Below, in pieces: positions 6,686 through 14,902 of a stretch of 57,395 nt of DNA. Below the pieces are notes generated by a model. That model saw nothing but the letters and a program-made list of their open reading frames with translations. It did no database searches and was not told the DNA's origin. The stretch's first letter is position 1; every line of letters starts with the position of its first letter. This DNA comes from a virus (Duplodnaviria > Caudoviricetes): positions 1 to 57,395 of the IMG/VR virus record IMGVR_UViG_3300036791_001261; one strand, given 5' to 3'. Made by a program: the position numbers and the translations under genes.

Positions 6686-8906
6686 TATGGCCCCCTTGTT
6701 GTAGAGGGCCGGCGGTCAGATTGGGAAAATTGGAAAACACTTGAGACTCACAAGAGTCACGAGTCACTCGAGAATTCGAGTTACTAAGTAACTTACGTGT
6801 CTTGAGTAAGTGACCAGGGTTCGAATCCCTCTCTCTCCGCCAGCCTGTTTTCAATAACTTAGGGGAATTACCCCCCAAAAATTGGGAAAATTGGAAAACG
6901 CATAGTAGAATAATCTCTCTATGCAGATTTACCTCATGCGCCGCCACGGCCCCCATTGCCCCGCCGGGCACCCCCAGGATTCCGCTACCGGCGAACTCGA
7001 GGAGCGCCGCAGGAACGCCAAGAAATGCTCCTGCCGCATCTACGCCTGGGGCACCCTCGCCGGGGTCTTCCACAAGCTCGCTACCAAGCAGCGCGACTGG
7101 GAACGCGCCAAGGAAATCATCGCTCCCTACGTCGCGGCGGGGCGCTGGGATGATGTCGTCCCAGTCCCCCCGCCGCCTTCCACTGATCCGGCCCCCCCGG
7201 CAGGGGATCCCTTGTGCGCGGCTCCGGAGGCCGGCTTCAGGAACGCGGACGCAGTGAAAGCTTTTTTGAAGAGTCACCAGACTTCCCAGTCGGCCCCCAA
7301 TACCATCAAGAAGTATCGCGAGGTCCTCGGCCAGTTCGAACGCTTCGGCGCCGACCTGGGACTGCGCTATGTCGAGGAGTGGACGCGGGCGCATGTGCGC
7401 CAGCTCGTCCTCCACTGGGGAGAAACCAACGGCCCCCTCACCGTGCAGAAAAAACTCGGCGCGCTCAAGGCCTTCTTCGAGCCGTTTTTCGAGGATCGCA
7501 TCCTCGCCGAGAATCCGGCGCGCATCAAGACCCGGCAGAACCGCGCCTTTCGCCTGCGCGCCGGTACCAACTCGAAACAGAAGAACCCGTTCACGGACGC
7601 CGAACTCAAACAGATGCTCGAAGGCTGCCGCTCGCTCGGCCGCACCGAGATCCGCGAGTGGCCCAAGAAGTCCGGGGGACGCCAGGTCGTGGCCATTACC
7701 CAATACCGCGACTACCACCGCAAGTGGACCGGCGAAGACCTGGCCGACTTCATCTCGCTTTCCTACTTCACCGGCCTGCGCATCTCCGACGTGGCCACTT
7801 TCGAAGCCTCCCGCCTCACGCCCGAGGGCGAGGTGCGGCTGCGCGCCACCAAGAACGGGACGTGGGTCTCGGTATGGATCCCGGAATGGCTGCGCCAGCG
7901 CATCCGCCTGCGCGCCGCGCGCTTCGGGGAGTCGATCTTCGGCACGCACACGTCGACCGACATGAACGTCATCACCGACGTCTGGCGCCGCAAGCTCAAC
8001 GTGCTCTGGGAGTCGAACGGGCCGTGGAAGGAAAAGCCTACCCACCATCGCTTCCGCCACACCTTCGTGCGCATCCTGCTCGAGCGCCACGTGCCGGTCG
8101 CGCTCGTGGCCGAGCTGGCGGGCGATACCGAGCAGATGATCCGCCGCCATTATTCCGCCTGGATGCCGGAACGGCAACAGTCGGCTTCGCGCGTCTTGGC
8201 GGAGGCCTTCCGCGATGTGCCCCGCTTTCATGTTTAGCGCCGGTTGGTGTTCCTCGCGAGCACGCGCTCGTAGACCGCGCGCGGCACGCGGATGATGGGC
8301 CGTTTGGAGCCGGGGGTGCGGATCACCTCCACTCCCGGCTCGTTGCGGAAGATGCGCCGCGCCGTGGGGCGTGAGACTCTCATCTCGCGCGCGCAATCGT
8401 CGAGCGTCATGAAGTCCGGATCCCAGCGCTCCTCGTTCGACTGTTTGAGCGCCTGCTGGCGCTCGGCCCTCTGCTCTATCGTGCGTAGCATGATCTTCTC
8501 CGTGGGTGTGTGGGTTCCCTCGATCCGGCGCGGTCCCCGGGACGCAGGCAACGGCGCACCGGACCCTCGCGCCCTCGCTCGCCCAGCTCGCCCTCACCAC
8601 CGGCCCGCCGCAACGTTCGCAGGTGCGTCCCGGAACCCACCGGATCCGCACCTGATCGCGGTAGTGCCAGCGCTTGGAGGGGCCGATACGCTCCACATCC
8701 ATCCGGCGGACCATGGTCTTGAAGTAGAGCCACCGCGCATGGTCGATGTTCCCCAGAGCGTCCGGCCCGCTGAGCCGTATCGCGAAGCGCGTGGCATGGT
8801 GCAACGGAATATCCCGCCACACCCGCTCGAACAGACTGCCGAGGTCCACCCAGCGTTCGCCCGGCGCCTGGCGCAACCGCGTATAGACCTCGGCCTGCCA
8901 GCTCAT
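6651..8906 (-). CDS. Hypothetical Zn-finger protein with no stop until 6651 (true end uncertain)
   Basis: ATGA-coupled to the ParB-like gene; first ~125 aa look genuine (CERC...CAVAC); the frame stays open across xis, antisense int and attP. Confidence 0.45.
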   Translation of the reverse strand: MSWQAEVYTRLRQAPGERWVDLGSLFERVWRDIPLHHATRFAIRLSGPDALGNIDHARWLYFKTMVRRMDVERIGPSKRWHYRDQVRIRWVPGRTCERCGGPVVRASWASEGARVRCAVACVPGTAPDRGNPHTHGEDHATHDRAEGRAPAGAQTVERGALGSGLHDARRLRARDESLTPHGAAHLPQRAGSGGDPHPRLQTAHHPRAARGLRARAREEHQPALNMKAGHIAEGLRQDARSRLLPFRHPGGIMAADHLLGIARQLGHERDRHVALEQDAHEGVAEAMVGRLFLPRPVRLPEHVELAAPDVGDDVHVGRRVRAEDRLPEARGAQADALAQPFRDPYRDPRPVLGGAQPHLALGREAGGFESGHVGDAQAGEVGKRDEVGQVFAGPLAVVVAVLGNGHDLASPGLLGPLADLGAAERAAAFEHLFEFGVRERVLLFRVGTGAQAKGAVLPGLDARRILGEDAILEKRLEEGLERAEFFLHGEGAVGFSPVEDELAHMRPRPLLDIAQSQVGAEAFELAEDLAILLDGIGGRLGSLVTLQKSFHCVRVPEAGLRSRAQGIPCRGGRISGRRRGDWDDIIPAPRRDVGSDDFLGAFPVALLGSELVEDPGEGAPGVDAAGAFLGVPAALLEFAGSGILGVPGGAMGAVAAHEVNLHREIILLCVFQFSQFLGGNSPKLLKTGWRRERDSNPGHLLKTRKLLSNSNSRVTRDSCESQVFSNFPNLTAGPLQQGGHSELTVGHSRMV
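6720..6899. other. attP region with arm-type direct repeats and an IHF-like site
   Basis: ATTGGGAAAATTGGAAAAC at 6720-6738 and 6881-6899; GAGT(C/T)AC at 6754, 6761, 6778; TTTCAATAACTTA near 6849; adjacent to the integrase. Confidence 0.85.
6816..6842 (+). other. att core = 3' fragment of tRNA-Ser (T-arm + acceptor + CCA)
   Basis: AGGGTTCGAATCCCTCTCTCTCCGCCA; G discriminator and TCTCTCC acceptor typical of tRNA-Ser; no 5' half present. Confidence 0.85.
6921..8237 (+). CDS. int: Tyrosine integrase
   Basis: TGLRISD, ATKNG, HRFRHT, RRHYSAW catalytic motifs; N-terminal H/C-rich arm-binding region; next to attP. Confidence 0.92.
   Translation: MQIYLMRRHGPHCPAGHPQDSATGELEERRRNAKKCSCRIYAWGTLAGVFHKLATKQRDWERAKEIIAPYVAAGRWDDVVPVPPPPSTDPAPPAGDPLCAAPEAGFRNADAVKAFLKSHQTSQSAPNTIKKYREVLGQFERFGADLGLRYVEEWTRAHVRQLVLHWGETNGPLTVQKKLGALKAFFEPFFEDRILAENPARIKTRQNRAFRLRAGTNSKQKNPFTDAELKQMLEGCRSLGRTEIREWPKKSGGRQVVAITQYRDYHRKWTGEDLADFISLSYFTGLRISDVATFEASRLTPEGEVRLRATKNGTWVSVWIPEWLRQRIRLRAARFGESIFGTHTSTDMNVITDVWRRKLNVLWESNGPWKEKPTHHRFRHTFVRILLERHVPVALVAELAGDTEQMIRRHYSAWMPERQQSASRVLAEAFRDVPRFHV
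8234..8491 (-). CDS. xis: Excisionase-like HTH protein
   Basis: MTLDDCAREMRVSRPTARRIF...IIRVPRAVYERV; GGAG RBS; convergent with int. Confidence 0.75.
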   Translation of the reverse strand: MLRTIEQRAERQQALKQSNEERWDPDFMTLDDCAREMRVSRPTARRIFRNEPGVEVIRTPGSKRPIIRVPRAVYERVLARNTNRR

Positions 8907-9931
8907 AGGGACGCCTGCGGGGGAGCGTTACTCGCACGATCCGCCCGCACCACCGGGTTACGTGTCATGCGGTTGACGCGCTCGATTTCCGCGAGGAGGC
9001 GCTTCAGGTTTTCCATCAACCCCTCGATCATGAGCATGGCGCGCGGCCGGTCTTCGAGCGCCGCGACATGCATCTGGTCGTAGGGCTTTTCGATCTGGTT
9101 GTTGAGCCGCTTGCAATCGCTGATGATGCGGTTGATCGCGCCCGGCGTGATGCGGCCATGCTTGGCCTTGGCGCGCGCCATGCGCCCTTCGGCCGCTTCG
9201 CGGAATCGCTCGACCACCGCCAGTTGCGTTTTCTCATCGCGCGCCTGCCGGATCTCTTGCGCCATGTCCTTGATCTCCCCGGACTGCACGCAGCTCAGGG
9301 TAGTGGCTAATTCCGCCGCTTTTTGAAAAACCACGTCACTGTGGATGGAGCCCAGCGCGAGCGTCGACTTCTGCGGCAGCCGGGTAAAGTCGAAGTTGAA
9401 GTTGCGCGCACGGATATGCGCGCGGCGCTCGGAGTAGGCGTTCGCCAGCATAGGTTCCCGGAGGCTCCATTCCTTGGCCAGGTCTTTGATCGACTTCCCC
9501 GGATACTGATCCTTCAGCACCAAAACCTGCGCAATCACCTCCTGGACGGTCATGCCGCGCCCTTCGATGGCATTGATCTGGCGGGATAATACCTGGCGCC
9601 GGTATTCGTCCGGCTCGATGACGACGTAAGCGTCGAACCAGGAGCGATCGATCGTCTCGGCCCCCCGGATGCGGTGCATGCCGGTGGCGACAATATATTT
9701 GTAGCTGCCGTACGGGGCGGCCAGATTCAACAGCACCAGGGCCGGGAACTCGCAGCCGTTCGCCATGTCATAGCCGTATTGCCAGGCGCGATCGTCGTCC
9801 AGCCGGCGGTTGAGCCGCGCCGGGTTCTCGTCCGAGGCCCGCAGGTCGATTTCTCGAAACTCGACGCGCGGCAGGTAAGTGAAGCTCCAATTACCCCGGT
9901 TGAGGTAATTTTCGGTTTTGGAATCCCGCAT
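8903..9931 (-). CDS. ParB/Srx-like N-terminal domain protein with helical C-terminus
   Basis: FPALVL...IVATGMHRIRGA resembles the ParB G.HR motif; AAAGGAG RBS before ATG 9931. Confidence 0.65.
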   Translation of the reverse strand: MRDSKTENYLNRGNWSFTYLPRVEFREIDLRASDENPARLNRRLDDDRAWQYGYDMANGCEFPALVLLNLAAPYGSYKYIVATGMHRIRGAETIDRSWFDAYVVIEPDEYRRQVLSRQINAIEGRGMTVQEVIAQVLVLKDQYPGKSIKDLAKEWSLREPMLANAYSERRAHIRARNFNFDFTRLPQKSTLALGSIHSDVVFQKAAELATTLSCVQSGEIKDMAQEIRQARDEKTQLAVVERFREAAEGRMARAKAKHGRITPGAINRIISDCKRLNNQIEKPYDQMHVAALEDRPRAMLMIEGLMENLKRLLAEIERVNRMTRNPVVRADRASNAPPQASL

Positions 9932-9950
9932 GGGGGTGCTCCTTTCCGGG

Positions 9951-10094
9951 TTAAGATCTTCCAACCAATTGCGCCAGCACCCACAGGAACAGGCCGGCAG
10001 CGACTAAATTGCCACGCGGTGCAGAGATCCCCACGGCCGCGAACAGGAACGACAGCAAGGCCAAGATGACCAGAACCAGATACAGGATATTCAT
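9951..10094 (-). CDS. 47-aa two-TM membrane protein
   Basis: Manually translated MNILYLVLVILALLSFLFAAVGISAPRGNLVAAGLFLWVLAQLVGRS; AGGAG RBS. Confidence 0.7.
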   Translation of the reverse strand: MNILYLVLVILALLSFLFAAVGISAPRGNLVAAGLFLWVLAQLVGRS

Positions 10095-10107
10095 GACTTT
10101 ATTTCTC

Positions 10108-10341
10108 CTATTGCACGGCCGTGGGGCCGTCCTGGCTGATGGGGCCGAGCTTGTCGGCGAGCACGCGGCCCATGCACTCGTCGATCGTGGCCGCCATCTC
10201 CGCCCAGGAGTGATGGACCACGGGCAGGTCTTTCACGTAGCGGTCGTAGGCGTAGCCCAGGCCGATCCCCATGCGGTGGGCAAGGGTGGCCGCCAGCAGG
10301 TAGCGCCCGAAGGTTTCGTAGATCTCGGCTTTCTCCATCAC
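10108..10341 (-). CDS. Hypothetical protein
   Basis: 77 aa, coupled to the upstream gene. Confidence 0.6.
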   Translation of the reverse strand: MMEKAEIYETFGRYLLAATLAHRMGIGLGYAYDRYVKDLPVVHHSWAEMAATIDECMGRVLADKLGPISQDGPTAVQ

Positions 10342-11243
10342 GCTTCCCCCTTCTCCCCGGACTCCGCCGCCCGTTCCGCCTGGCGCGCCGCGCGCCGCGC
10401 CACCAGCTTTTCGCGCAGGTTGTGTTTGCGGGTAGACGGCGTCTCTTCCTCCTCTTCGGGGGCGATGGCAAAGGCCTCCTCGATCGAGATCTCCTTGTCC
10501 TTAATGGCCGTGCCCAGGCCCACCAGCAGGCTCAGGTCCTCGAGGTCCACCGACTCGATCGACTCCTTCCCCAGGACGCGCAGGATGCGCTCCTTGTCGA
10601 CCCCCATCGAGTAGAACCGCTTGAACAGCTTGTCCCGCTTCACCTGCAGGGTGGAAACGTCGCCCGTCACCACGCGCTTGATTTCTTCATACACGGGCTT
10701 AATCAGCCCGAAGGGCACCACCGCGAAAACGGCGTTGCGCTTGGCGATGGCGCAGGCCGCCTGCGCGGTCACAATTTGCATGTCCTCGGAGTACGGCCTG
10801 CCGTCCTTGTGGGTGATCTTGCGCGAGACCTCGGCCGACATCATGACGTTGTTTTCGAGGTCCATGCACACCCCCTGGGCTGTCACTTTGCGGCCGTCGT
10901 TATCGATCACGCGTGCGCCGGCCCGGATGTTTTGGTAGCCCGCCACCACGAACTCGGCCAGGCGGATCGAAGGGCCCTGGATCAACACGGTTTTCTTCTC
11001 TTCCGCGTTCCAGCGCTTCAGGGTGTAAATGCAGGACGCTGCCGTGTCCTCGTCGACCGTGGCGCAGCTCAGTACGTGCTGCCGGAATTTCTGGATCTCC
11101 TTGCGCGGGTGGTCGATCGCGAACTGCATCATCGATTCGAGCTGGGTGCGCTCCATGACTTCGAGCGCACCCGGCGTGAGCGGTATGACGGTAGTCTCGG
11201 TGAGCTCTTCGGGCTCGGGCGGCGGCGGCGGCTTAGCTGGCAT
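10338..11243 (-). CDS. Putative single-strand annealing / recombination partner of YqaJ
   Basis: GPSIRLAE motif; close to the YqaJ exonuclease gene; GAGG RBS. Confidence 0.55.
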   Translation of the reverse strand: MPAKPPPPPEPEELTETTVIPLTPGALEVMERTQLESMMQFAIDHPRKEIQKFRQHVLSCATVDEDTAASCIYTLKRWNAEEKKTVLIQGPSIRLAEFVVAGYQNIRAGARVIDNDGRKVTAQGVCMDLENNVMMSAEVSRKITHKDGRPYSEDMQIVTAQAACAIAKRNAVFAVVPFGLIKPVYEEIKRVVTGDVSTLQVKRDKLFKRFYSMGVDKERILRVLGKESIESVDLEDLSLLVGLGTAIKDKEISIEEAFAIAPEEEEETPSTRKHNLREKLVARRAARQAERAAESGEKGEA

Positions 11244-11484
11244 GTTTGGCCTCCTCGTGTCTGGTGAATTCGGTGAGCTTCAAGGTCACGTACTCGAGCG
11301 TGATCGCGAAGCTGGAATCGTCCGCGCCCACGGCCCAGCCGAGGGCCTGGAACATGGCCCAGGCGCGCATGGCCTCCTCGCGCGCCTGGCCCCAGATAAA
11401 GGTCCGTGCCGGACCGATGAAGCTGGCGCCCAGGATGGCGATCGCCCCCCGCAGTTCTTCCGCGCTGCGGATTTCGTCGCTCAT
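11233..11484 (-). CDS. Hypothetical protein
   Basis: 83 aa, overlapping operon layout. Confidence 0.55.
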   Translation of the reverse strand: MSDEIRSAEELRGAIAILGASFIGPARTFIWGQAREEAMRAWAMFQALGWAVGADDSSFAITLEYVTLKLTEFTRHEEAKHAS

Positions 11485-12443
11485 CGGACGGCCTCCTCGC
11501 GGAAGTTAATGCGCCGCGAGCCGGCGACCACGTGCGTGTGCTGCTGGATGAGCCCTTCCTGCTCGTCGGGGGCGAAGCCGACCAGCTGCTCTTTAGCCAG
11601 CTCCTCCCAATTGGTCTTGGCGCTGTCCCGGGCCTTTTTCCAGGTCATTTTTCCGCGCTCCCAGGCCAGGCCCTCGTGGTCCCCGATGGCGCGCGTCAGC
11701 TGATTTTCAAGCACCCCTTTGCGCTCCTCGAGCAGCGCCAGCTGGCTGCGCACGCTGGCGTACTCCGCCAGCATTTCGGTCTCGGCCACCGTGGCCGGCC
11801 GCAGCTTCTCCCGCTCGCGCGGGTAACGCTTGCGCAGATAATCGCGCGCCTGGCGCGATCCCGAGAGCGGCGGCTCGACGCCCGGGAGCAGGTACTGGCG
11901 CCAGAAGGTTTCGCCCTCCTCGATGAGGATCTCTTCGAGCACCGGGTCGCGCGCGATCTTGTACACACGGAAATCGTTGCCGCCGATCAGTACCGCAATG
12001 TAGGCCAGGTCCAGCTCGCATACGCTCATCTGCCAGGCCACCTGCGCGACGTAATACTCGGGCACCCCGTCTTCGTTCCCGGCTTCCCGGTCCCATTCGC
12101 CCGCCCGGTACTGGCCGGCCGTTTTGATTTCGAGGATCTGGCGCTTGGGTTCGGTCAGGATAAAGGCGTCGGGGGACGCGTATTGCCAGGGACGCGTCGG
12201 CGAGTAGACGCGTTTATCGTGCCACGCTATGGGCAGATCCATACGCGCCGAGAAGACGCCCGCGATCACCGGCTCGAAGGTTTTCCCCCAAAACATCTCC
12301 TCCGTCTGCTCCGGCCCATCGATGAGTTCCTTCTTGCGCGCGTAGACTTCCCACGGTCCTTCCCAATCGGAAATCCCCGCCACGGCGGCGATCTCGCTCG
12401 CGCCGATCCCGGTTGTCTGGACGATGTCTTTCACGCTGGTCAT
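11481..12443 (-). CDS. YqaJ-like viral recombinase (lambda-exonuclease family)
   Basis: GIGASEIAAVAG, WGKTFEP, ASPD, LEIKTA, YVAQVAWQM. Confidence 0.92.
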   Translation of the reverse strand: MTSVKDIVQTTGIGASEIAAVAGISDWEGPWEVYARKKELIDGPEQTEEMFWGKTFEPVIAGVFSARMDLPIAWHDKRVYSPTRPWQYASPDAFILTEPKRQILEIKTAGQYRAGEWDREAGNEDGVPEYYVAQVAWQMSVCELDLAYIAVLIGGNDFRVYKIARDPVLEEILIEEGETFWRQYLLPGVEPPLSGSRQARDYLRKRYPREREKLRPATVAETEMLAEYASVRSQLALLEERKGVLENQLTRAIGDHEGLAWERGKMTWKKARDSAKTNWEELAKEQLVGFAPDEQEGLIQQHTHVVAGSRRINFREEAVR

Positions 12444-12676
12444 GCGGAAACTCCCAGCAGGCGGCGGCGCGTGGAGGGGTATGTCCCTCCCTTTTCCTGC
12501 CGTTCGGCCTCGAGTCCGCGCATGAAAAAGTAGGCCACGATCTCGCCCTGGGACCAGTGCATGAATTCATTTTTTTGAAAGCGCTGCTCAATTTCTTTGA
12601 GGGCCTTTTGGGCGGTCTCCGGCCAGCGGACGGAGAGTTTGGTATAGGGTTCTTTAGGGGAGGTTCTGCGCGCCAT
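12440..12676 (-). CDS. Small DNA-binding protein (RHH/Cro-position)
   Basis: First gene after the leftward promoter; KLSVRW strand followed by two helices; AAGGAG RBS. Confidence 0.55.
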   Translation of the reverse strand: MARRTSPKEPYTKLSVRWPETAQKALKEIEQRFQKNEFMHWSQGEIVAYFFMRGLEAERQEKGGTYPSTRRRLLGVSA

Positions 12677-12775
12677 TCAGGGTACTCCTTCAACGACACA
12701 CGACCAGCGCGGTAGGCCAGGTTTCACGTCCGCCCGGCCTCTTCAAGCCGCTTCAGACTGGTGCGGGTTGAGGGA

Positions 12776-12804
12776 ATGTTACCCCTCGCCGAAGTCCGCG
12801 TCAA
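12776..12804 (-). promoter_or_regulatory. Sigma70-type leftward early promoter
   Basis: TTGACG-N17-TAACAT on the minus strand. Confidence 0.7.
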
Positions 12805-12823
12805 CCCTTATTTACTCCTTTAC

Positions 12824-12864
12824 TGCCAGCACTTTGCCAGTAAGTTGTCTAACAAATGCCAGCA
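12824..12864. promoter_or_regulatory. Phased TGCCAGYA repeats (candidate operator)
   Basis: TGCCAGCA 12824, TGCCAGTA 12835, TGCCAGCA 12857 (11- and 22-bp spacing), just upstream of the -35. Confidence 0.45.
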
Positions 12865-13103
12865 TGTCTCCTGGACTATCGGCTACGGGTAATCCCCTTA
12901 CTGATGTGTACTAAATATCGGCGGGTCTTATACTTGAAAAACGGCTCTGAGGATCGCTGTCAGGACGGCAATTCTCAGCGTTTTTGTCGCTAGGTTGCAG
13001 ACAGATTGCCCCGCAAGTTTTTTACCCTAGGGCCAGGACGGTGCGTTTTGGGACAGGTTCACCCTGCGTTCATGCTGATAGGTGCGCGCTGCCGACATAG
13101 CCG

Positions 13104-13868
13104 ATGTTACGGTACTTTGTGGCCCGAAATAGGCCTTTTCGAAAGCGCCGGAAAACGCTACACTTTGGGCACTTGGGTGCCCCTTCTTCCCCCGCCCTGA
13201 AGCGGGCTTTCGGTTTGGCTCTGCGTGCTTTGCGCCAGCAGAGGGGCCTGACTCAGGAAGCCCTGGCCCAAAAAATGAACATGCATCCGGGTTACGTCGG
13301 CGAGCTGGAGCGCGGCGAGCGGGACGCCAGCCTCACGACGCTGTACCGCGTCGCCTCGGCGTTGCAATTTAAGCCCGCCAAGCTGCATCGCGAAATGGAG
13401 AGCCATCTGCGGAAAGAGACCAGGGGGTCGCGGGTCCCGTCCCTGTCGCGCGAGATGAAAGACCTGCGCGCGCATATGGACGCCTCGCCGCTCATGATGT
13501 GGTTGGCCGGTCCCGGCCAGAAAAATATGTATACCAACCGGCCGCTGCTCGACTTCCTCGGCCTCCCGCTCGAGGAGGTGACGGGCGATAAATGGAGAGC
13601 TGTGATGCATCCCGAGGACCTGGCCGCGCGCGACCAGGTCACGCGCACGGCGTTCGCCACCCGCCGGCCCTACACCTACCACTACCGTATCCGCGACAAG
13701 AGCCAGGCATTTGTCTGGATCGTGCAGCAGGCCCTGCCCATTTTCATCAAGGGGAAATATCTGGGCCACCTGGGAACCATGATCCCGGACGCCATTTTCG
13801 AGGGTAAGACCGGCCCTGTCGTCTTCGAGGTCAAGGCCGGCCCCAAGCCGCGCCAGCGCAAATCCTAG
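13104..13868 (+). CDS. XRE-family HTH repressor fused to a PAS domain (start may be TTG 13173)
   Basis: FGLALRALRQQRGLTQEALA...YVGELERGERDASL (HTH_3); MDASPLMMW...YTN...W..VMHPEDL...YRIRD...WI...P...GHLGT (PAS_3 pattern); divergent from the early operon. Confidence 0.88.
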   Translation: MLRYFVARNRPFRKRRKTLHFGHLGAPSSPALKRAFGLALRALRQQRGLTQEALAQKMNMHPGYVGELERGERDASLTTLYRVASALQFKPAKLHREMESHLRKETRGSRVPSLSREMKDLRAHMDASPLMMWLAGPGQKNMYTNRPLLDFLGLPLEEVTGDKWRAVMHPEDLAARDQVTRTAFATRRPYTYHYRIRDKSQAFVWIVQQALPIFIKGKYLGHLGTMIPDAIFEGKTGPVVFEVKAGPKPRQRKS

Positions 13869-13874
13869 CCTGTC

Positions 13875-14861
13875 CTAGTGGCGGCCCGCTATCGTCTGGG
13901 CGGCGGCGCCGAAGACCTGCCCATCGAGGAGGTCGGCTACTCCCTGGCGATGCTCATCGACCAGCAGCCAATGCATTTTGAGCCTGTTCCATTTCACGAC
14001 GCCGTTGCGCGCGAGACGGATGAGTTCGCGGTGCGAACCGTGGCCGGTGCGGCGCAGGTCGTCTTCGAGCGCGATCTTCTTCTCGAGGGTCTGCGACATG
14101 GCCGGGCCCTCGAGCAGTAGCCGCAGCGCCTTGGTGATCCAGGGCGGGATCGAGTCGTGCGCCACGCGCGCGATCGCCGCCATGTCGCTGGGGTCGGTTT
14201 CCACGCGTCCAAACAAATAGGCGTGCCGCACCGCCAGCAGGCCGAAGGCCTTGACGATCGAGTGCCAGTCGAGATACCAGGGCGCCAGGCGCTGCACCAG
14301 CTCGCAATGGTAGAGGAAATTGGGAGGCTCGAGGAAGCGCGGCGGATCGGGCGGACGCGCTGCCACGCGGTCTTCGAGCACATAGCGGGTGGCGGCTGCG
14401 AGCTCGTCGGCGCGCCGGTCCTGGTTGTATTTGTCGAGCGCCTTCAGGGGATCGGCGGCGCGGTGCGATTTGGTTCTCACGCGCAGGGCCCGCTGGAGAA
14501 AATACTGCGCCTGGGTGAGCCGGTGGAAGCGCGGAAATTTCTCCCAATCGCACTCGATGAACAGGCGCTCCTCCGACGGGGAATCGAGCATCTCCCGCAT
14601 CTCGGATTCGATGTCGCGCCAGGGCGAGCGCGCCCGCAGCCGGGCGAGCGAGCAGGGCAGCCACATGCCGCCGAACGAGAACCAGCCGTCCTCGCAGTCG
14701 CGCGAGTACCAGTTGGTTTCGAGGATCAGCCAGACCGAGGGGGTGCGCGGGCAGGGGATCAGCCCGGAGAGCAGGACCTCGACCGCCACCCGGTCCTCCA
14801 CGTTGTATTCCCGGGCCAGCAGGCTCGCCAGCTCGTCGACGCGCGAAGCCCAATCGATCAT
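13875..14861 (-). CDS. Hypothetical protein, possibly degenerate MCM-like AAA+ with C-terminal wHTH
   Basis: VWLIL with no intact Walker A; HAYLFGRVETDPSDMAAIARVAHDSIP lid-like motif. Confidence 0.5.
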   Translation of the reverse strand: MIDWASRVDELASLLAREYNVEDRVAVEVLLSGLIPCPRTPSVWLILETNWYSRDCEDGWFSFGGMWLPCSLARLRARSPWRDIESEMREMLDSPSEERLFIECDWEKFPRFHRLTQAQYFLQRALRVRTKSHRAADPLKALDKYNQDRRADELAAATRYVLEDRVAARPPDPPRFLEPPNFLYHCELVQRLAPWYLDWHSIVKAFGLLAVRHAYLFGRVETDPSDMAAIARVAHDSIPPWITKALRLLLEGPAMSQTLEKKIALEDDLRRTGHGSHRELIRLARNGVVKWNRLKMHWLLVDEHRQGVADLLDGQVFGAAAQTIAGRH

Positions 14862-14902
14862 CGCCCTAGAGATAACGGGCAGGGTGTTGTAAAGTCAACT
14901 CA

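Noticed and set aside
6816-6842. Functional tRNA gene
   Set aside because: Only the T-arm and acceptor 3' strand are present; no D-arm or anticodon arm, so it is an att core
8903-9931. ParABS plasmid-prophage partition system
   Set aside because: No ParA/ParM-type ATPase or parS array identified; ParB-like domains are common in phages without partition function
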